Assembly: GCA_964019335.1 (NCBI GenBank)
Contig: OZ025664.1
Coordinates: forward strand, 1-64,000
Origin: Diplonema japonicum
Taxonomy: Eukaryota; Protista; Euglenozoa: Diplonemea
DNA: 64,000 nucleotides
Direction of reading: 5' to 3'
A program made the translations under genes and the position numbers. Under the pieces are notes generated by a model that saw only the letters and a program-made list of their open reading frames with translations, was not told where the DNA came from and did no database searches. This document shows, piece by piece, positions 58,847-64,000 of this stretch (the stretch's first letter is position 1; each line of letters opens with the position of its first letter).

Positions 58847-59434
58847 TTAACTAATGTTATTTTGTGCGGAGTGTTCCCTGCGTGTGTTATACCCCCGTGG
58901 GGGAACAGGGCGTTCAATTGCAGACATGGCATCTTTGTGCTGCGAAAATTCATCGAGGTATTCTTGCATTTTTTCCTTCAGGTGTTTATGCTTCTCTTGC
59001 ACATCGCTCATCTTTAGGGCACAGACCAACAACTCTTCGGACAACAAGTCTAGCTGTTCAACCACCGGTAAGACCTTGTGGTACACTGCTTGTTTTTTCA
59101 AAAGAGGCCTTTCCGTCTTGGGATTTACTCCCATTATTGTTTGTGTCTCTAAATCTGCAATTATTTTACGGTGCTCCCGGACCGTACTCACCTTTATGCC
59201 TGCAGCTTTGATGGTTTTGTGCAGGTCCCGTATCTTGTTCTTAATGTCGTACTCACGATCCTTCAGCATTCTGACCTCCGATTGCACGTCGCTCATCATG
59301 TGTCGCAGACTCTTGATTGCATCCCTAAGGTGAGCTGAGACCTCATGCTTCCCATTCATGAATATCTGCCAGCACTCCATGTCGTCCTCGTACTGTCGGT
59401 CCTCTTGCTGGACACGTTTTGGACGCTTGTTCAT
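58847..59434 (-). CDS. Hypothetical coiled-coil protein
   Basis: Co-oriented ORF with heptad-like composition; ends uncertain. Confidence 0.55.
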   Translation of the reverse strand: MNKRPKRVQQEDRQYEDDMECWQIFMNGKHEVSAHLRDAIKSLRHMMSDVQSEVRMLKDREYDIKNKIRDLHKTIKAAGIKVSTVREHRKIIADLETQTIMGVNPKTERPLLKKQAVYHKVLPVVEQLDLLSEELLVCALKMSDVQEKHKHLKEKMQEYLDEFSQHKDAMSAIERPVPPRGYNTRREHSAQNNIS

Positions 59435-59560
59435 GTTTGCATGACACTTGTTCTGTTCTGAGGTATTATGCAGTAAGCAGGTTGTGCAAAACAAGACAGA
59501 AAACACATCACAGCACTAGTATCTATTGTTGGGGGTGTTTATAAGTGGCCGCACGCAGCC

Positions 59561-60280
59561 TCAGACACCGCTTTCCATCTGTTCCTTTGCGTCCAGCAGG
59601 TTCACAGCGTCGGTAAAGGCGACATGCTCAAAGCGCTCTTTATCTTTCTTACTGATGTAGCAGAAACCCCCTACAATGCACAGCACAAGCAGCAGCACCA
59701 AGCAGCATATACCCACAACCAGTAGAACAGTGTCAAGGCCATCGGAAGAAGACGAGGCAGTGCATGAGATCGTGTAGTTCGTAGTTGTCACCGGGGGTGC
59801 ATCTGCTTCCACGGTGTAAGTAACAGGGAGCAGTACATCCAACGGAATAGCCGATGTAAAAGCACAGAAGCTAGACGGGGGACTCGCCTGTAGCTGGACA
59901 AAGCTAGAATGTGTTACGTTGCGCTGAATAGCCCACATCCCACTGTTAAAGGCAAGTTGCAACCCCACAACGTCATTTGCAGTAGCGAATTGCAGCAGTC
60001 TGAACCCATTGTCTCCATCAGCTACCGTTATTTCCAAGCAAGTTCTCACAGTGCCCCCCTCACCGACTTCAAGGAGCAGCTTGTCTGTCTCCAAGCCTAG
60101 CTCCTGCTGCGAACAACTGCTATCAGTTTGGTAACCAATCGTCTCCGTCGGCGAGACCACTTGCTTCCTTTCTTGCGTCAGACTCTCAGTTTCTGTCAAA
60201 GTAAAGGTCAGCGTGGGTGTTACACCCACCGCCGTTTGTATCAGGAAGACCGCGAAAACGAACGCGCCTTGCATGGGCAT
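59561..60280 (-). CDS. Type I single-pass membrane protein with signal peptide and Thr-rich stretch
   Basis: Hydrophobic N-terminus, TPTLTFTLTETESLT, TM segment VLLVVGICCLVLLLVLCIVGGFC followed by basic residues. Confidence 0.75.
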   Translation of the reverse strand: MPMQGAFVFAVFLIQTAVGVTPTLTFTLTETESLTQERKQVVSPTETIGYQTDSSCSQQELGLETDKLLLEVGEGGTVRTCLEITVADGDNGFRLLQFATANDVVGLQLAFNSGMWAIQRNVTHSSFVQLQASPPSSFCAFTSAIPLDVLLPVTYTVEADAPPVTTTNYTISCTASSSSDGLDTVLLVVGICCLVLLLVLCIVGGFCYISKKDKERFEHVAFTDAVNLLDAKEQMESGV

Positions 60281-60744
60281 CAGTGTTGTGTGGCACATAG
60301 TTGTGTATTCTTATTTCACCCACATTTATTTGTGCCTAAAATATGACTTACAGTCAGCATTGTAATCTCAATAATGCAAACATACAAAGGAGGAAGCACT
60401 ACAAAGAAGGGGGGAACTTGGGGCAACTATTGAAGTGAACAAGACAACTAAAAGGGAAGGAGAGAAAACTAAACAGAAGGTGTCATCGACACTGGAAGAG
60501 TGCAGCCACCTTTACTAACGGTACCCGACCGCTCGTTTTTGCATTTGAAACCCGGTAATTGTAGACTCGTACTTCTGTGTCTTATTTCCACATTCGGTGG
60601 ATAAATCAGCTGAAGTCCAAGGAGGAAGGGCAGAGATAAAAGGTGAGAGGCTTACAGCAACGAGTTCTTTATACCCGACTTCTTATTTATAATATTCGAT
60701 ATGTCAATGCAATGGTTTACGGCTGATTGCAGGGTTTACGTTCA

Positions 60745-63280
60745 TTTCATTCACTCAACAGTGCGAGGGCTTTTCCGATGGCCCAGGAACAGAATGTCGG
60801 AAGGGGAACTCTCTCGAGACCGCCGGAGGCTTCCTTGAGGAGGAGGACGGAGTCGGGGGGGGTGCGGAGGCCCCAGGACTTGAGGAGGGGCTCGATGAGC
60901 TTCACGTCTGGAACGTCGAGGGGGGCGCACTCCGACCCGAGGGTCTGGTAGATCTGGAAGTGCATTCGAAGAGACTCGAGGAGGTAGCGGAAGGCCTTTC
61001 GGGTCACCGGAGCCCCGAGGGGGGTGCCCAGGTGGGTCACAACAAGGCGGTGCGCCGATGCGATCGCTGTCGCCGCCGTCGGTGTCAGCACGCTGCATTC
61101 GAAGTCCAAGACGTCTAGAAGCCCCTGTATCACGTCGTGCGGGGACAGCTGCCCCTGCCCCGCGGTGTCCAACCGGTTGAACAGGTTCCGCCGCTCCATC
61201 CGCGCCACCACAGAGCACCCTGTCGGAACGAACCCCGCGTACCTCTCCCACTCCCGCGCGTCCTCCGCCGCCAAAAAGTCTCCGCCCAAGAGTGCGAGTT
61301 GCTCCTGTTCCTCCCGTCGCTGCTGTCTCCGGTCCTTCCGGTGTGTCGGAGAGACCCTCACCGCAGGGTTCATCTGCCTGAAGACGGGTGGGGGGGTCAC
61401 CGCCCTCCTCCTCCCCACGGATACGGGGCTCCTCGACACCGACGAGGCCCTCCCCACAGAGCTGCACCTCGATGCCGACCGCACCGTCGTCGTTGTGACC
61501 ACCGTTGTTCTTGTGCCCCTCCTCGGGGTTGTCGTCGAAGCCGTTGTCGTCGCCGCCGACCTGCTCGACCGCACAGAGTTTGACCTCCCGAAGCTGTCGT
61601 TTCCTGTTCCTCCTCGTCTCCCGTTGCTGCTGGTGCTCCTGCTCCTCCTCCCCCTCGGAGAAGAGAGAACGTTCTCATCGAAAGCGGTCTCCAACCCTTG
61701 CCGTACCGCCCAGTTCGAGAGCTGCACGAGGTCGACGACTGAACCCGAACCCGATCCATTGGACACGTTCCCTGCTGCCTCCGCCAGAGCTTGGGCAGGG
61801 TTCACCACCCCGGACCTCCAGGCGATGAGAAGGGGGACCAGCCGCTGACAGCCCGCGTTGCCGATCTTCGTCGCCCCGTTCGCCCCGAACACCGAGAAGA
61901 TTGCGAACTGTCTTCGAAGGGTCTCCAGAAAAACCCGGAACTTCCGGAGGTCCAACGACCCGCTCCCTGCAGGGCACACCACCTTGTACGCTCCCTCCAC
62001 GCACCACAGGGGAGCGTGGTGCACCCCCCCCAAGAGCTCCAAGAATCTGTTCTCCGTTGCGAGGTCCGCCAGTTGCACCCGCTTCTCGTCAGACGTGTCC
62101 AGTTGTCGGAAGAGCTTCCGTCGCTTGATCTTGTGTGCAGGTGCATTCGACACAGGGAGGTCCTTTGCGATGTCTGACCACGAGCGAACCTTTGGGATCA
62201 GTGTTTCTTCTCCTCCTTGTTCTTGTTGTTGTTCTTGTTGTTCTTGTTGTTGTTGGTGGTACTGTTGTCTCTGGGGAGATGGAGAAAAGGAAGAAGAAGA
62301 AGGAGAAGGGGAAGGGGAACGAGAAGGAGAACGAGAAGAAAAGGTCCTTCCAAGGTAACCGCCCGTCTTCGCAAGCATCTCCTCCTCTCTCTCCTTCTGC
62401 TCTTCTTCCTCTAGCTTCCTCACCTCTTCCTCGTCTGGAGGTGTGTCCAGGGTAACCGATCCCTTCACGTTTCTCCGCATGAACCCCACCTCTATGAACC
62501 GGTTCCCTGCTGCTGCTCCGTACAAAGCCTCTGGAAGGTCCACCACTAGAATCTGCTGCGTGTTCACGTTCTTCACCCACACGAGCTTGTCCCCTAAAGC
62601 AAGCCCCGACACCTCTGCTGGCTTCCCTGGTTCGACGCGGGTCACTGTCATGTCTGCTGAAATCCCCAATCCGAGAGATGCGGGGGTCACTGCGGGTTCC
62701 CTTTTCTTCTTCTTCTTCTTCTTCCTCTTCCTCTTCTCGTCTTCTTCTTTTCCTCCACCACTGCAGTCGTCCTCATCGTCCCCAGGAGATCCCCGCAGTA
62801 CCACAGGAGACGGGGTGAAGAACTCCTCCGCCTCGTCCAACCGCAGCCCCTTGTGGTCCGTCGTCCAACGCTCCTCCTCTGCGTTCCACACAACCCACGA
62901 CCCCATCTCGTGCGGGAGCTTCTTGTTCTCGTGGCACTGCGCGCTCATCGCGACCCGCCGCCCCGTGAACGGGCTGTCCACTCCGACGGCGATCGCCCAG
63001 TGGCCCTCCTCGCCCCCTCTCAAAAGGTTGTACACCCGCCGCGTCCCCATCGCCCACACAGGCTTCCCGTTCACACGACGCCTCCCCGCGTACAGCACCT
63101 CGTACGTCCCCTCGATCTGAGGCTTCTCCTCGCACGTCACTGTTATCCGAGGCCACTCCTCTCCCCCGCTTGCTTGCTCCGTCGGCGTCTGTGTGTGGGG
63201 TGGTGTGTGTGGTGTGTTTCCTTTTGTTGATCCTTCATACCGTTGGCATTTCCCCCACACTCCCGCTGTCCTCACGCTCC
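60745..63280. repeat. 2.5-kb direct repeat, copy 2 (partner 35062-37597)
   Basis: Near-identical to copy 1; flanks unrelated. Confidence 0.97.
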
Positions 63281-63294
63281 ACCGAGTCTCCCAT
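60747..63294 (-). CDS. PDZ-like / FCaBP-like multidomain protein, copy 2 (intron 63189-63240)
   Basis: Essentially identical to copy 1; starts MGDSVEREDS (3 extra residues). Confidence 0.75.
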
Positions 63295-64000
63295 TTTCCT
63301 TCCTGTTCTGATGTGCGTCAAAAAGCAATGGTTACTAACAATGAAAGTGGTGGAAACTGACAGGTCAAAGCCCGTATGAGGGAGTAAAAGGATAGATTAG
63401 CACATGGTGTTGTGGCTGCAAACAGCTCTTGTAGAAGGTGCAGAATGTGGGAGGAGGATGAGTAATTCTTGGCGCAACCAAACAGATTGTTGGGGGAGAG
63501 CCATGACGCGTGGTTTTTGGACCGGCATACTCTTCAGATTTGGCCTAAAAGGACGGGGGGGGGGGGGGGGGGGAACTATTTATCTAATTAGAACCAGATA
63601 CTCAGATTTTCACACTATCATGCATAACGAGTGTCGATAGTTCAGCGTGAAACCTGACATCTGATTTAACGTGGATACTATACTTTATTTAATTGGGTAT
63701 CGCACTTAAGGTGAAATGACAGGGGACGCAGCATATAAGGTTGGAACTGAATCCGAATCGTACGTCTCATTGATTACCTTGTATCCCGGATGCCGAAATT
63801 ACCAGGATCTCCAGTAATGCCTTAAGTGAAATGAAATCCCGATTAAATAAAAAAAGATTAAATTGTTTGTTATAAAACAAGAAGGCAGAGGCCAGTATCG
63901 TAGTTAAAGAAACATCGGCTTCGCCTACAGTTGAATGTTGTGTTGTTCAGAGACCGGTACAGGGACTGCAGGAAGATTTCCGCGCAGTCTGGACCTGACC

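Noticed and set aside
43-63640. The many plus-strand ORFs in the ORF track
   Set aside because: They are antisense shadows of minus-strand genes or low-complexity poly-F/K translations with no recognisable motifs
63860-64000. Possible 3' end of another minus-strand gene
   Set aside because: Too short to choose a frame or assign a product

Overview
Eukaryotic nuclear DNA, most likely from a diplonemid-like euglenozoan; the taxon is an inference. All ~20 credible protein genes and 4 tRNAs lie on the minus strand, some only 44-101 bp apart, as in kinetoplastid-type directional gene clusters. Many genes are split by tiny (30-60 nt) GT-AG introns with a GTATG donor and CA/A-rich, pyrimidine-poor 3' ends. 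I reconstructed 31 introns by hand, and these merge several fragments of the ORF track into single genes (uS17m, eIF3c, CSN5, NOP56, ankyrin-MAP3K, BFR1-like, a ~2670-aa multi-PH-like protein, a ~2280-aa IQ protein). Other genes include a secreted tyrosinase missed by the ORF track, an ELYS-like protein, acid phosphatase, pyrimidine 5'-nucleotidase, NOL9/Grc3, a Kv channel, a type II thioesterase and an ABCG transporter. The most unusual items are two tRNA-Lys(CUU) genes with C instead of the near-invariant U33, an SP-RING protein lacking its zinc ligands, a degenerate MazG/DCTPP1-like domain fused to HECT-like repeats, a 2.5-kb gene duplicate whose identity stops at the CDS ends, a TA-flanked MITE, and a ~190-nt fold-back hairpin. 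All calls come from manual reading; no searches were run.
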